Assembly: GCA_950097015.1 (NCBI GenBank)
Contig: CATNEN010000038.1
Span: forward strand, 25,482,001-25,546,000
Reading direction: 5' to 3'
Length of the DNA stretch: 64,000 nt
Source: Macrostomum hystrix
Lineage: Eukaryota; Animalia; Platyhelminthes
The position numbers and the translations under genes were made by a program. Under the pieces are notes generated by a model, which saw only the letters and a program-made list of their open reading frames with translations, did no database searches and was not told the DNA's origin. Shown piece after piece: positions 49,501 to 62,347 of the stretch. The stretch's first letter is position 1. Each line of letters starts with the position of its first letter.

Positions 49501-52500
49501 TTTATAATGCCAAGACATTTAAAATAAAAACATTTCACAAGTGCTTCTCTCTCCTCAACATAGGCGGAGAAGCTTCGCTATCAGCTGTTTCTCTGTGAGG
49601 TGCTGAGTGATCTCGGGGCTTTGATGCGCCCCCTGTGCGGCACCTTTCCCAAGATTGGTTATGACAATGCCGTAGCGCATCAACAAATGGCAAGCGAGGC
49701 CGAAAAGCACTTAGAAGGTAACAAAGATCGTGAAGGCACAGGACAGCAACAGGTGACACACAATAGGGATCGAGCGTTGCGCATCGATCGCGACTACGTG
49801 TCTGTGTTTAATCCGCGCAAGTAAGTACATAATCAGCCATAGCTCTCGTCAATTAAGCAACATTATTTTTAACTCACGAGCGCATTTGCAACTGTTTTGC
49901 AGAAGCAATTCCGGAAAAATATACTTCGAACACAATCGAGCCCAACGTGTCAACAAGGAGTTCTGCGAGCAGACCTTTCTAGTTTGCTTCGAATACTGGC
50001 ACCTGGACAAGAGCTATCCAATGGGCAAGGTGGTTTACGTGCTGGAGAGCGCAGAAAACTCGCTGGCCGAAGCATTTGGCCTCATCCAGATGCGACACCG
50101 CCTGCCCAGACCATTGCAGGAGACACCTGAAGTACGCAAGCAGGTAGCTGGCGTGATTAGACAGGCGGCGCAGTCCCGTATCAAAGATCGCGTCGACTAT
50201 CGCCAGGTACTAACTGTGACCATCGACAATCCAGACACACGCGACATGGACGACGCTATTAGCTACTCGCGCTGCGACAAGACTGGCGTAGAGACTGTAG
50301 GCGTTCACATCACGGATGTGTGCGAGTTCATTGGCGGCCCTGGCTCTCGGCTTGACAAATTGGCCAGGTCCCGTCTGCGCACCATCTACCCACCGAAGGT
50401 GGCCAAGTCGCAGATGCAACAGCAGGTGAATTTGCCGCGTCAGATGCTCATTTGAAGGGACAAAGAAAAAGTAACTTTTTTATTCGGTATTTTATGAGCT
50501 GATAAAGTTACGACGTTAATGCCGCTAATTGAATGTGGCTCTACGAGCTTAGTTAGAAGATGGTTTTAGATGTACTTGACCTTAAACTCGACAAAAAATG
50601 CACCACACGTTTAGTATTTTTATAATTTAAAAATATTTACATGCAGATAACGCCCAATCACATGCTGCCTAAAACCCTGGCCGAGGAAGCGCTGAGTCTG
50701 CGCGAAGGTGTCGACAGACCGTGTCTGAGTGTCATCTTCAAATTTGAGCGTCAGGTGAAATCCGAAAAGAGAACATGGTTTAATCGTGCTGATTGATTTC
50801 TAATGCTATAAAAATGAAATCTTGTCACTTTCGGAACCATTCCAGAAGCAGGGCGGTCTGAAATGGAAGGTGCCGGAGTTTCAAAAGACCGTAATTCGCA
50901 GCGACCTACGCCTCAACAAAATCGATGTCCAGCCAATTCTGTTGGACGCCCAGCGAAAGGCCGACAGTTTTGGCGAGCGGCTGACCACCGAGATCGTTAC
51001 AATGCTGCGCTCCCTGTGGGAGATCGCTCGCCAGCTGCGGCTGAAGCGACTTGGCGAGGCCGGCTTCCAGCTACAGGAGGATGACTTCGGCTTGGAGGAT
51101 GAAGAAGGCATCGGGCGGACCTTCGAGACGGCATGCCTCATCGAGGAGTTAATGGTGCTGGCCAATTTGTCTGTTGGTCAGTGGCTGGCAAACCATAAGC
51201 GCGCTGTTGTGGCTAGAGTTCAGGATAAGCCCCGTGACTCAGAGGTGGATGACTGGCTGCACAGATACCAAATACTTTTGGTGCATATGCCACGCTTGCA
51301 GCGTGATCTAACCGGGCTTCGTCGTAGATTCGTACTGGATAGAAGCTTCCCGCTGTCGCTTTCGCGAGCGGATTATGATTTCATCATGAAATATCAAAAT
51401 GGCAAGCCCCGCGACTGTGTACTGCGACTGATGAATGACAGCCGGCATCCGCAAATGATGCTAGCTCTAAGCGAGTGGTTCTCCATCACAATGCCCGCTC
51501 AGTACGCCCCGACTGGCGAATCAGAGCCCCGGTCGTATCATTTCAGCCTGCAGCAAAGTAACTATGTGCACTTTACCAGTCCAATGCGTCGCTACGCTGA
51601 TATTGTTGTCCATCGGGCATTCCGAGCCATCATCGCCAACCAACAGCAGGAGACAAGCGCAGCTTCTGACGAGTCTGCCGAGAGTCTGCACGACCTCTGC
51701 GATACGCTTCGAACGCTAGAGCGCCGGGCGAAGCATTTCGAAAAGGACTCGACTAGTTACGCCTATGCTAGCCGCTTGAAGCATCGACCGCAGCAGGAAC
51801 TGGTGGTTGTTCGTTCTATTGACGATGGTGAGGTGATCTTTACCAGCAGTCGTCTGCGCCGCATGCCAAAGACCCTCGGCAAGCTGAAGATATCCAGCTT
51901 TGGCTTGGATAGTCGGCCAACGAAGTGCGATGGAAAATTCCGCTGCCGCTGGAGCCGGCGTATTTTTGTGCACCCGTCTTGCGACGATGTCAAACGCTAC
52001 GTGACCCCAGTGCAGTACCACCTGGGCAGTGAGGTTCGCGTTAGGCGCGACACCTACGTTCAGCGTGTCAATTGCGCGCCTGTGATGCAGCTGCGCAAAG
52101 AGTTCATCGACTCTGGCGCCAATTACGAAACGATGCGGGACCGATTTCGTCAACTGACGGACGTTGTGAATGAAGACAAAGGCGCTTGGATGATTACCTG
52201 TGAGAATGACCAGATCATTGCTGGACCGAATCAGCAGCTGCTTGTCGCGGGAAATTCAGTAAAATTTTATCGTGAGTTCACCATTGGCGACATTTTACGG
52301 CTACAGTTTCGCGCACAGCTTCTCCAAGGCCTCCTGACGCCGAGCATTGCCCTGATTGAGGTGTGCCAGAGCCACACCGTCTGCGTCACACACAAAGACG
52401 ACCCCGTGCGCTGCTTTGCTGAGGTCACAGATATCAAATCCAAGGCTTCGTATTCCAGCATCGTCGAGTACGCCACCATCTGGCAGCGCATTGTGGCCAT

Positions 52501-55500
52501 CGAGTCGGCCACCATCGCATCTAGAGCCGATGAGAGCATCACACTTCACGAGGTGGCCCTTGATTGGGCCTACCATCAGCCAAGCGATCGCTGGCTGGGT
52601 GCTTTTCACCTGCCGGCCGAGTTCTGCGTTCAGCGCCAGATCAAATTTGGTGCTGACGCCACCGCGACTGACCCGAATCTCGAGAGCAAAATCAGTGAAC
52701 TGGAATGTCAGCGCGGGCGCGGTGGAGGAGCCAGTCTGAGCGAGGAGGCTTTAAAAGAAGCTTTCAGCCTAGCCGGCGAGAGAGCCAGGTAATAAAAATA
52801 GCATAGAGAGCATGCTAATAAAATTCTGAGTTTGACAGACAGCGGCCACTGCAAGTAGCAATAAACGCATGTGCTTGTGTGTTTGCATGTTTGTGTGCAT
52901 TCAGACAAGCGAAGAAGTACGATTCAGCTTCTAGAGAGTATGCTTTCGTGCTAGAAGTGAAAATAAGGCGATATTTTATCATATGAATTTTGGTACAATG
53001 TTGACCCCACTACAATGGACAGGTTCAGTGACTTTCTGTGCCTGCGCTTCCAAGGCAACAAAGCCAGCGACTCAGCTGAGGAAAGCTACACTGCCGTGGC
53101 CCATGGAGGCATCCTTTTGACTTATAATACCGCTCACGGCCGCAACGCCAAGTGCGACAAAGCCAGAGACGTCGGACACATCAGCTACGCCTGCCAGATT
53201 GTTGTGTTCGCCCTGCAACAGCACGATCAGGGGCCCAGATTCGATTGGTCCAGCGTGCAACTGGCCACCGTGGAGGTGCTGCAGAAGTTCCTGCCGATTC
53301 GCCGTCAAGAGCTGGCGCTGTGGCGACTGCCAAAGATGCCAGATACCTCGCTGGCGCACAAGATAGCGCTGCTTGGCTCGAGGGAGGCGCGCGCTTCCGG
53401 TTAGTAGATTGGAGAACGTTGCCTTCGAACAGTTTTTTAAAGAATATATCAGAAAACAAACCTCTACTCGTGTCTGCTTGCATAATTTGTATATTTTTTT
53501 ACTTTTATAAGCTAATACTTTTTTTGTCGAATTAAATCTAAAATCTACAGTAAAATACATTTTAGGGCAAATTCAGAAATTTATGTCATGCTTTTTTCCC
53601 CACTTATTAGACCTCTAAAATTCTGACCAAGAGGTTCTGAGTTCGAATTTTGCCCTAAGAGAAACAAATTGTGGTTAATTGGCATTGAAATTTAAATCAA
53701 TTAGTTAAAAAATGCATTGCAATCTAAGTTTCTATTTTTATTCCTGCAGACAAAAGTTATGGCCTGAAGCTGATAGAGAAGAATGTACGAAGCTACTCAA
53801 TCGAGACTGGCACTGAGCAGCGCTACAACGATTATACTGGCGAGAGCTACGTTTTAAAGCGGAGTATTCCGTGCAATTATGCACAAAATGATGCCATCAC
53901 CGAAGCCATGAAGCATGACCTGACCCTAATTTGGGGTCCGCCAGGTGAGTTCGTCAAGCCGCACAATGATTTACTTCCAGATACTCGTACATGTACAGTT
54001 AGTAAATTGCAAAAATATTCTTTCCTTACTTAATTAGTTTATATTTCTCCACACAAATTTTTCATGAATAAACCTAATGCTTTCCTCAGCATGTAAGAAG
54101 GACCAAAAAACATCATGGGACTCGTGGGTAAGACCAAGTTTATCTGGCGAGTGTGATGCACCCCATGCAGTGTTTTGGTCTCAAATTATAAAGACTCGGA
54201 TTCATTTGAAGACTTTCGCTGTCGTATTTATAAAACTGTTTGGTCGAATAGTTACTATACAAGTTCTTTCTGATGAAAAGAATTTACAGACGCGGAAATT
54301 GTCTTTGTACTTTGTTTGGATATCATAAATTAAGCAAGTAATTCTGTTGGTGAATTGTGAATGTCGTCTTTCTAAGTAACAGATCTTTACCAAAACTGCA
54401 CTCTCTCTATTTTCAATTATCAGTGTATTTTCTCAAGGTTTTGAGGGGCAATAAAAGTTACGAGTGTATAAATTTGTGTGAAATTTTCCAAATTAAAACA
54501 CTCTGCAACGTGTATAGCTGGTGAAGGGCTGATTTTGTCGCAGCTATTTGATGTCAATCACCCATCATAGTCGATAATTTTTTCTTACGTGACATTGTCC
54601 CTATTGTCACGATCGTGACAATTTCACTAAGTGGCAATGTAGGGTTCATTGAAAAGTCTGAGTTTGAGGCAATGGCCTTTGAAACGAGCGGCGATAGCCG
54701 TCCATTGAACCCTAAATCGTGTGGCAGCTTTTAAAATATATTCGATATCCAAGGACACAGATGTCCCTCTCATCGTCAGACGGTTGCTTCATCAGTAGCG
54801 GTAGTTAACAGCGCCAGTAATTATTAACGACAGACAGTTCTCTCAACAGTCATGGCCGTCGCAGTGAATACAAGCACAGCAGGACCTTTACGATTCAGTT
54901 GATTAGTGAAACATATTTTTCACTTTTCATGGTATTCTCTTGTCATTTGGTTTTGACTAATTGTTAATTGCATAGAAGTAAAGACAGAAATGTTTTATTC
55001 CATTTCATCTATCACTATAACGAATCTCGATTTCCACTAAAAAATGCAACTATTTATTCCAGGCACTGGCAAGACTTCAACAGGTGTGATGCTCACCTAC
55101 TGGTACGTATTTGTCAATCGTTGCTTCGACGAAAATCGACAACTGCCGAATGAAGATGACGACGATGATGACGATGATCAAGATCCAGACGATCTAGATG
55201 ACAAGGTGGTCGCCGAAGACGATGACACTGAGGCTGTGGCCATAAACTACGCAGAACTAATTGAAGAAAAGAATGATGAAGCTGAATTGATTCCCAAAAA
55301 AGCGGACGAGTGGGTAGGGATTGACGATGCTTTGCGAAGAAGTTTCGACGACTCCCTCGGATGGAACACTGTCGGGCCGAAAGGTCGCCCTGCTAAATCG
55401 TCAAAACGTGATCGTGGGAACCTGGCAGAGGCGGCCAGCGACACTCACCCAATGGCCTCTTCCACGAAACCGTTGCGACCAAAAAAATTTAACAGTCAAC

Positions 55501-58500
55501 TTACCGCTCGCGATGACGAGTTGCAAACTCGACGCCAGGTGCTCTACTGCGGGCCCTCAAATAGGTCCGTTGACGTTGTTGCCGAGTACTTGAGCATGAA
55601 GCTGGGCCCGAAGTGTCCGAAAATCGTGCGTGTATTTAGCGAGCAACTCGAGTACAAGAAGTATCCCGTACCTGGAGACGGTTTTACCAGAAGCGGAGCC
55701 ACTCTGGGGCAGGAGGCCGGCGGGGGTGATATCACTCCCATGATGCAGGTGAGACAAAAATTACATCCTGAAGAGTTTCAGCTAAACTACTCGTATGCAT
55801 AAAAACATTGTTTGCCAAGAAAATAGAACGCTGAAATAATCATAAGGAAGTCCATCGTAAGTGATTTAGTGCGTGCAGTAAATAATTATTTCAAATCTCA
55901 TAAAAAGTGTAACACTAACTACCAATAAACAATACAGGAAATAGCCCTGCACGAGCTGATCCGAAAGGAACAGTGGAATCCTATATCCGCCGACACTATT
56001 CTAGCCTTCGACGCTCTGTTCCGCAACTTCATGGCCCAGGAGCGGCACACAAAGGAGGCCTGGAAGCGGGCTCTGCGTCTAACTGCTCAGGCAGACTCAA
56101 AGTTTTTCGGCTATCTCCAACGGCTGGTACTGGATTTTTCGACTAAACAAGCGAACGTTGATGGTTATTTTGATTACACTGACCTGAGTCTGCTTCAGCT
56201 TACAGCGATTTACAGAAAGGTGGTTTCCGCAGCTAAAAAACGTGTTCTGCAGCATTTTGAGGTGATTCTGTGCACCACATCAGTCAGCTGTAGTTCAACG
56301 CTGCAGTCGGCATGCAAGTTTAGCCAAATCATCATCGACGAGGCCGGCATGTGCACAGAGCCAGAAACTCTTGTGCCTCTGGTTGACTGCTCCGTTTCTC
56401 AGAGTCCTAATGGTACTCAAGAAAAAAGGAAGCCAGCCTCTCTCTACTCCGAACGCCTAGTGCTGATAGGCGATCACAAGCAGCTGCGCCCGATCATCCA
56501 AAATCGAACCGCCGAACAGCTCGGCTTGGGCGTGTCACTGTTTGAGCGTCACAGTCATCGGGCCATCATGCTCAGCTTCCAGTATCGAATGGTAATACTT
56601 GGATTCAAAGGAGTGGGTTTGGCTATGAGGAAGTAGATGTTGTGGAATGATTTATGCGCAAAGAAGTAATGGAGTGCGTATAAGTGACTTTGGTGTCGAG
56701 ACATTATTTCGGTCTAGTAATAGCTGTGTAAAGCAACCTCTCACAACTTGACTACCTAGTTATCACTCACTCCCCCGCAGCACCCGAGCTTATCCGAGTT
56801 CTCGGCAGATTATTTCTATCGCACCAGTCAGGCTCACCTGCAGACCCGTCCATCACCCTCATGGACCGGTCTACAACCAGGCGACGATATAAATCGTACG
56901 TCAGAAAAGACAGAGCGGCCATGGAACGGAATAAACACGCACCACTTTGCTAGAAGCCATGTCTACGACTCGTACAACTTTCGAACTGATGGTCATGTAA
57001 ATGGTAAACTGCGGCTAGAGAATGCCAATGTGCTAGTTGGCTGCTGGCCCGGGGTGCGTCGTATGATTGATTACTCTCCAGTCGGCAACTCCCCAGTTTA
57101 CTCATCGCATCGTGATGTGAAGCCGGAGGACCTGCAACCGTTGGGTGAGGAGGACCGCATCGTGTTCCTTCACATCGAAGGCACAGAAGAGAAAGTGACA
57201 GTGACAACCGAGGAAGGATCCGAGGACTCGAGGCGAAACGTGGCGGAGATCGACGAAGTGGTACGGATGAGTTCGAGTCAATAGCATTTAGAATAGGATA
57301 GCTTCTCAATTTGCCACTCGCCGCCGCTAAAATATTGAAGTGAAGTTTAGTTCCACTTCTGTCATTTCACCAATATTAAGATCTATTTTATTCTTCACCA
57401 ATTAGCATCGCCTTTACCCTCACCTGTAACCAGATCCGCGTCTACAAGGCCATTAGACAACGGGCAGAGCGTCCCAGAATTTTCGCCGACTCGCTGGCCG
57501 TGTTGTCGCAGTATCGCTACCAGGTAACTAGCATTGAAGAGCGAATTCGTAGCGAGCTACGCATTAAATCGCCGATTGTTAAGACTGTCATCGCCAGCCA
57601 AGGTGAGTCGTGCTGCTTGCCTCTAAGTTAAGAACTTCAGGTTTTCGTTTCCACTATATTTTGATTAAATTTTAGTTTTTTATTAATATTTTAACCTAGG
57701 AAGTGAATTCGACTACGTCATTCTGTCTCTCGTTCGCTCGCTACCGCATTACGATATTCCAAAGTTTCCCTTGCCAAGCTGGGAGCGCAAATACCTGGGC
57801 TTCATCACCGACGCCAACCAGATAAATGTCGCCCTAACCAGAGCTCGCCGCGGCCTTATTATCATTGGTAAACAGCTCGTGAATGTTTACAGATGCACAT
57901 TAAAGAGAGGTTACCCGTTAACGGCAGAGAATATTGTCACGAAAATTATCAATATACGGTAACTTTCCGTAGGAAACGAGTTATATGTATGCAAATACAA
58001 GCGCATTATCACACGAGCTCTATATTAAAGAAGCAAATCAAATTTTCAAATGAAATTTCACGACATGATTTACGTTCCACGTCGAAAAAATAATTTTAAG
58101 CTCCTGATGTAATTCTCCCAATATTTTAGGAAATCGGAACCTTCTGCAGGCCAGCCCAATGTGGAACTCGCTGCTGTCTAACTTGTCAAGTCGCAGCTGT
58201 ATTGTGGACAATCCAAGCTTGTTTCCAAGCAGCACAGGCGACAAGCGCCATCTCACCCTGCATGGCAGGAACCCGAAGCTTGCGCGCGCAGGTGGTGCAG
58301 GAGGTGGAGGCGGAGCCGGTGGAAGCGGTAGAGGCGGAGGACCATCGAGAGCCTGGACAGGAGGGGGGCCACAATGGAGCCTGAACAACCCGCAGCAGCA
58401 CCAGTATCAGCAGCAGAACCAGCAGCACCAGTATCAGCAGCAGAACCAGCAGCACCAGTATCAGCAGCAGAACCAGCAGCACCAGTATCAGCAGCAGAAC

Positions 58501-58941
58501 CAGCAGCACCAGTATCAGCAGCAGAACCAGCAGCACCAGTATCAGCAGCAGAACCAGCAGCACCAGTATCAGCAGCAGAACCAGCAGCACCAGTATCAGC
58601 AGCAGCGCCAGTACCAGCGGCAGAACCAGTACCAGCAGCTGAACCAGCAGAACCCGAATCTTCAGCAGAATCGGCAGAACCTGCAGCAGCAGAACCAGCA
58701 GAACCCGAATCTTCAGCAGAATCGGCAGAACCTACAGCAGCAGAACCAGCAGCGCCTGAATCTTCAGCAGAATCGGCAGAACCTGCAGCAGCAGAATCTT
58801 CAGCAGAATCAACAGCAGAACCATGAGCAGCAGAGCCAGTACAAGCAGCAGAACATGCAACGCCCGAATCTTCACCAGCATCAGCAACAGCTGAGAAAGG
58901 AGTTTGTGCCTAAGGATGATGATTTCCCCCCTCTGAAGTAG
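46595..58941 (+). CDS. HELZ2: HELZ2-like RNB (RNase II/R) exoribonuclease-UPF1-like SF1B helicase fusion; exons 46595-46918, 47421-47754, 47974-48416, 49086-49433, 49564-49820, 49903-50425, 50647-50754, 50846-52788, 53023-53399, 53750-53944, 55063-55748, 55938-56591, 56781-57260, 57434-57602, 57700-57867, 58130-58941 (>=2606 aa; start unresolved)
   Basis: Phase-consistent GT-AG splicing (7821 nt). RNB motifs TIDNPDTRDMDDAIS, HITDV, HMLP..L...LSL, IEELMVLAN and HFTSPMRRYADIVVHR. Helicase motifs WGPP|GTGKT, PSNRSVD, IIDEAG, GDHKQLRP, QYRMHP, SQGSEFD and NVALTRAR. The first one or two exons are less certain, and a further candidate exon ends at 46022. Confidence 0.88.
46990..47246 (+). mobile_element. 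tRNA-derived SINE in an intron of the HELZ2-like gene
   Basis: A-box-like GTAGCCTTGTGGTTAGA, B-box GGTTCGATTCCC, non-tRNA body, and a (TTA)n tail at ~47224-47246. Confidence 0.75.
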
Positions 58942-59962
58942 TTTAGATGGAATTTTAGAGGACAGGCGAGTGACAAAGCTGCTCACTTCCTATGTTTTAG
59001 CGTTCTCAGTTTTTTTACATTTAAAAGTTTTTTTCTCCTATTAATTCAAAGAATTTTTATCGCGGTAGTGTTTCGCATCTTTGATTAATCTCTCGCAAAT
59101 CAATGTTTTATTATTACGCCTCGCCAAAAAAGTAGTTAACGGAGGATTAACTTCTATTCTTTTCTTTTCTGTAGCTTCAGAATCTATTCTATTATATTCA
59201 GAGCTAAAAATATTAAACTTTTTCTGCAGCATGCAACTATACCAACAGCAGAACCAGTTGCTGGTACGTGTTTTTTCAGATTTTTATATAAAATATGATT
59301 AAAATATTGATAGTTAAAGTAGTGTTTTTCTTGAGTTTTTCTTCTACAGCGCAACAGATCATAATATTTATTTATCGACCTCGTTTTTAAATACATATTC
59401 CTCTCGGAGCTAGATTTCTTAACAAATAAAATATTTCTAAGTTGCTGATTATACGGTTATCGTAATTAGAAAAAACTCACAAGTGTTACGAAATTTCTCA
59501 TTTTCTCGTTTTTTAGCTATTAGACAACTACAAAATAGCTACATATACGTGCCCTGGGCTTCTTTCACCAAAAACGCTTTCTTTCAAATGGGTATTTGTC
59601 AAAGGCGGTAATTTTTCACTTACTGCATAGACAGGACAGGAGTATCTAAAGTCCTTAATTTCACATCTAGAAAAGTAAGATGGAAAAGTGTAACACATTA
59701 ACTATCCATTAGAAAATGTTGGTGTGAAATCTGTTGCTTTTTTAATTTTCAGTTTCGACGCAGTGACAATCAGCCTATCTACTCTTACGAAATAACCGTC
59801 TGGTAGGCTGGGACCGGGACTAGGTGAATTCACATTGAGAACATTGACAGTAATGAAGTAAGAACAGTTCAGGACCTTGCTGCGGGCCAGCATATACTCA
59901 TCGATTTCACTCATCAACGCTTAAAAGAGGGCGTGCATTAATAGGAGCGTGCGAATATACCA

Positions 59963-60195
59963 TTAATACCCATGCTTTAAGGGCGTTAATGGAAAATCAG
60001 AGGGCGCCATCAGGCGCCCGAGGATTTTTCATTGACGCCCGCAAAGCTTGGGTATCAATTTTATTGTACCATAGACGTTTTTGCCCAAGCTATACTTTCA
60101 GAGTCAGATACAGGGGTGTGGGGGCAGAGCCCCCACTTCGGGGTGTGGGGGCAGAGCCCCCACTTCGGGGTGTGGGGGCGAAGCCCCCACCCACT
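59963..60195. other. Long imperfect hairpin plus 3 x 27-bp GC-rich stem-loop repeats (probable end of a non-autonomous element)
   Basis: 36-bp arms at 59963-59998 and 60023-60058 (6 mismatches), inner stem GGGCGCC-ATCA-GGCGCCC, then GGGGTGTGGGGGCAGAGCCCCCACTTC x3. Confidence 0.6.
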
Positions 60196-61495
60196 ACCAT
60201 AGACTATTTTACTAGAAATTCAAATCGTACGCTGAGCCTTGTTTCTCTCTCCTTTTCACCACTCAGCGGACCTTCATTCTATCTACAGTATCTCTCTCTC
60301 ATTTCTTTCTCACCCTCTTGGTGCGTGATAAGCTATGCCATAGACTAAAACTGCACGAAGTCTGAACAAGTTGATGAGGGAAAGGAAAACTAAGGCTAGC
60401 TCAGAAATTTCTTTCCTTCGAATCTCCACTGAGCCATGATCAACTACGACGGAATAGTGGAAGGCGAGATTGTAGGCTTGTCCACTGATGAATTGCGCTT
60501 CGTCACTGATGAATCGGTCTTTAATGTAGTCTATGATATTATCGGGCTTGATTAAGTGCCCGCCGGGTAAAAAGGTCATGGTACAATAGATAATAGTAAT
60601 CAAATAAAGCTCAAGGGTAAAATACGGACCAATCAGAAGGCGAGGGGAGGAAGGCCATAGACAGCCGAAGGGTAGAACCAGACAGAATTGTTGGCAAAGT
60701 GAGAGAATCCAGGCCAGATAAAGAGATAAAATTAAAAGTGCACGAGCCCCCGTTCCATAAGAAATAAAGCTAACGATAAGTAATAAGACTTTAAATTATT
60801 CAAAACAATCTTATTTCACTTTGTGGCCCTGTGAGTGTGAAAAGTCTAAAAACTTAACAGAATTTTAATTAATGAATAGGATCAGATGGCATCAACTGTT
60901 CATATGAATATAATAACTTATCTATTATTATCAAGAAAGACAATTACGATTAAAACTACAATTGTTATCAATAAATTACGCATCGCTCTTGTTAAGTAGT
61001 AACCAAAAAACGTAGCTAAATGATGACGAATAGAATGTTGCTTAATCGGTAAATGAAACCGAAGAGAGTACAAAAGTATCCAACAGTTATATAGCTCAAA
61101 TCAGCATGAACTATGATTCAAAACAATACGACGAAAAGTGTTATTGAAATGAAAGTTGAGCAAAAAGAGCTGACTGAAAAACTGGAAAAACAAATGGAAG
61201 ATTTGGGCATCAAGTGGAATTTCAGAATATTACAAGACAAAAGACCTTCAATTGTGCATCTTTAATATATTTGGATTTGAGATATGTAAAAGAACCGTTG
61301 CCTACCAATAATATACTCGTATGTTCAGGAACTTACGACACTGAATGCAAACTGAAGGGCTATAGACCAAAAATCGAATCACAACAGTCTTCCACTGAGC
61401 TCGTAGAAACAGGTCCGAAACATTGCATCATATAATTTGGCAATGTGCAAATTTGAGTTAAAAACTGAAAAAACTACACGAAAAACTTAATTAGA

Positions 61496-61932
61496 AAGTG
61501 AGAGTGGCTGGGTGAGACAATGAGAGTGGCTGGGTGAGACAATGAGAGTGGCTGGTGAGATAATGAGAGTGGCTGGGTGAGACAATGGGAGTGGCTGGTG
61601 AGACAATGAGAGTGGCTGGGTGAGACAATGGGAGTGGCTGGTGAGACAATGGGAGTGGGTGGGTGAGACAATGAGAGTGGCTGGGTGAGACAATGGGAGT
61701 GGCTGGTGAGACAGTGAGAGTGGCTGGTGAGACAATAAGAGTGGCTGGTTAGACAATAAGATTGGCTGGTTAGACAATGGGAGTGGCTGGTGAGACAGTG
61801 AGAGTGGCTGGTGAGACAGTAAGAGTGGCTGGTTAGACAATGGGAGTGGCTGGTGAGACAGTGAGAGTGGCTGTTGAGACAATAAGAGTGGCTGGTTAGA
61901 CAATGGGAGTGGCTGGTGAGACAGTGAGAGTG
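61496..61932 (+). repeat. 21/22-bp minisatellite (GAGAGTGGCTGG[G]TGAGACAAT)
   Basis: About 20 units just downstream of the PHKA stop codon. Confidence 0.9.
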
Positions 61933-61962
61933 TTAGATGAGACCGCGATAGTGGCTGAGCCG

Positions 61963-62271
61963 CTACTGCAGCGGGCAGTCCATGCAGAGCAAGCCCTCAC
62001 TGTCAGTGGGCAGCGGCAGCACCTCCGGCAGCGCCCGCAGCAGGTAGGTGAGGGTGCCGAAGCGGCCGCTGGGTGCTGTGTCATAGAAGTAGCCGCAGAG
62101 GCCGCAGGCTCCGCAGCCATCGCCGCCACCGATACGACAGCCGCAGTTGCCGAAGCCACCGCTGTCAGACTGGTTAGCGCCAGCCAGATGGTCCTCCAAG
62201 AAGATGCGATTGGCAGCGTGGACCAGCTGTTCCACTGGAAGAATGCGGCCCTGGCGGTTCGACAAGCGAAT
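61963..62271 (-). CDS. PHKA: Terminal exon of phosphorylase b kinase regulatory subunit alpha (upstream exons outside the window)
   Basis: Acceptor GTCAG|ATT at 62272. ILPVEQLVHAANRIFLED...FYDTAPSGRFGTLTYL matches the recalled PHKA C-terminus (IIAVEKIVHIANDLF...LYDSAPSGRFGTMTYL), and it ends in the CaaX motif CPLQ, like the farnesylated CAMQ/CQMQ. Confidence 0.9.
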   Translation of the reverse strand: MRLSNRQGRILPVEQLVHAANRIFLEDHLAGANQSDSGGFGNCGCRIGGGDGCGACGLCGYFYDTAPSGRFGTLTYLLRALPEVLPLPTDSEGLLCMDCPLQ

Positions 62272-62347
62272 CTGACTTTAGTGACATTTTCACTGCTAGA
62301 CGTGAAATGCTTCCCACCAGAAGCCACTTTTCTTAATTAAATATCCC

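Noticed and set aside
58186-58826. (LLVLLLILV)n and (AAPVSAAEP)n ORFs
   Set aside because: Alternate frames of the Gln-rich tail; splice phase supports the Q-rich frame.
61896-62340. Ala-rich ORFs 61896-62327 (-) and 61903-62340 (+)
   Set aside because: Shadow frames of the PHKA terminal exon.
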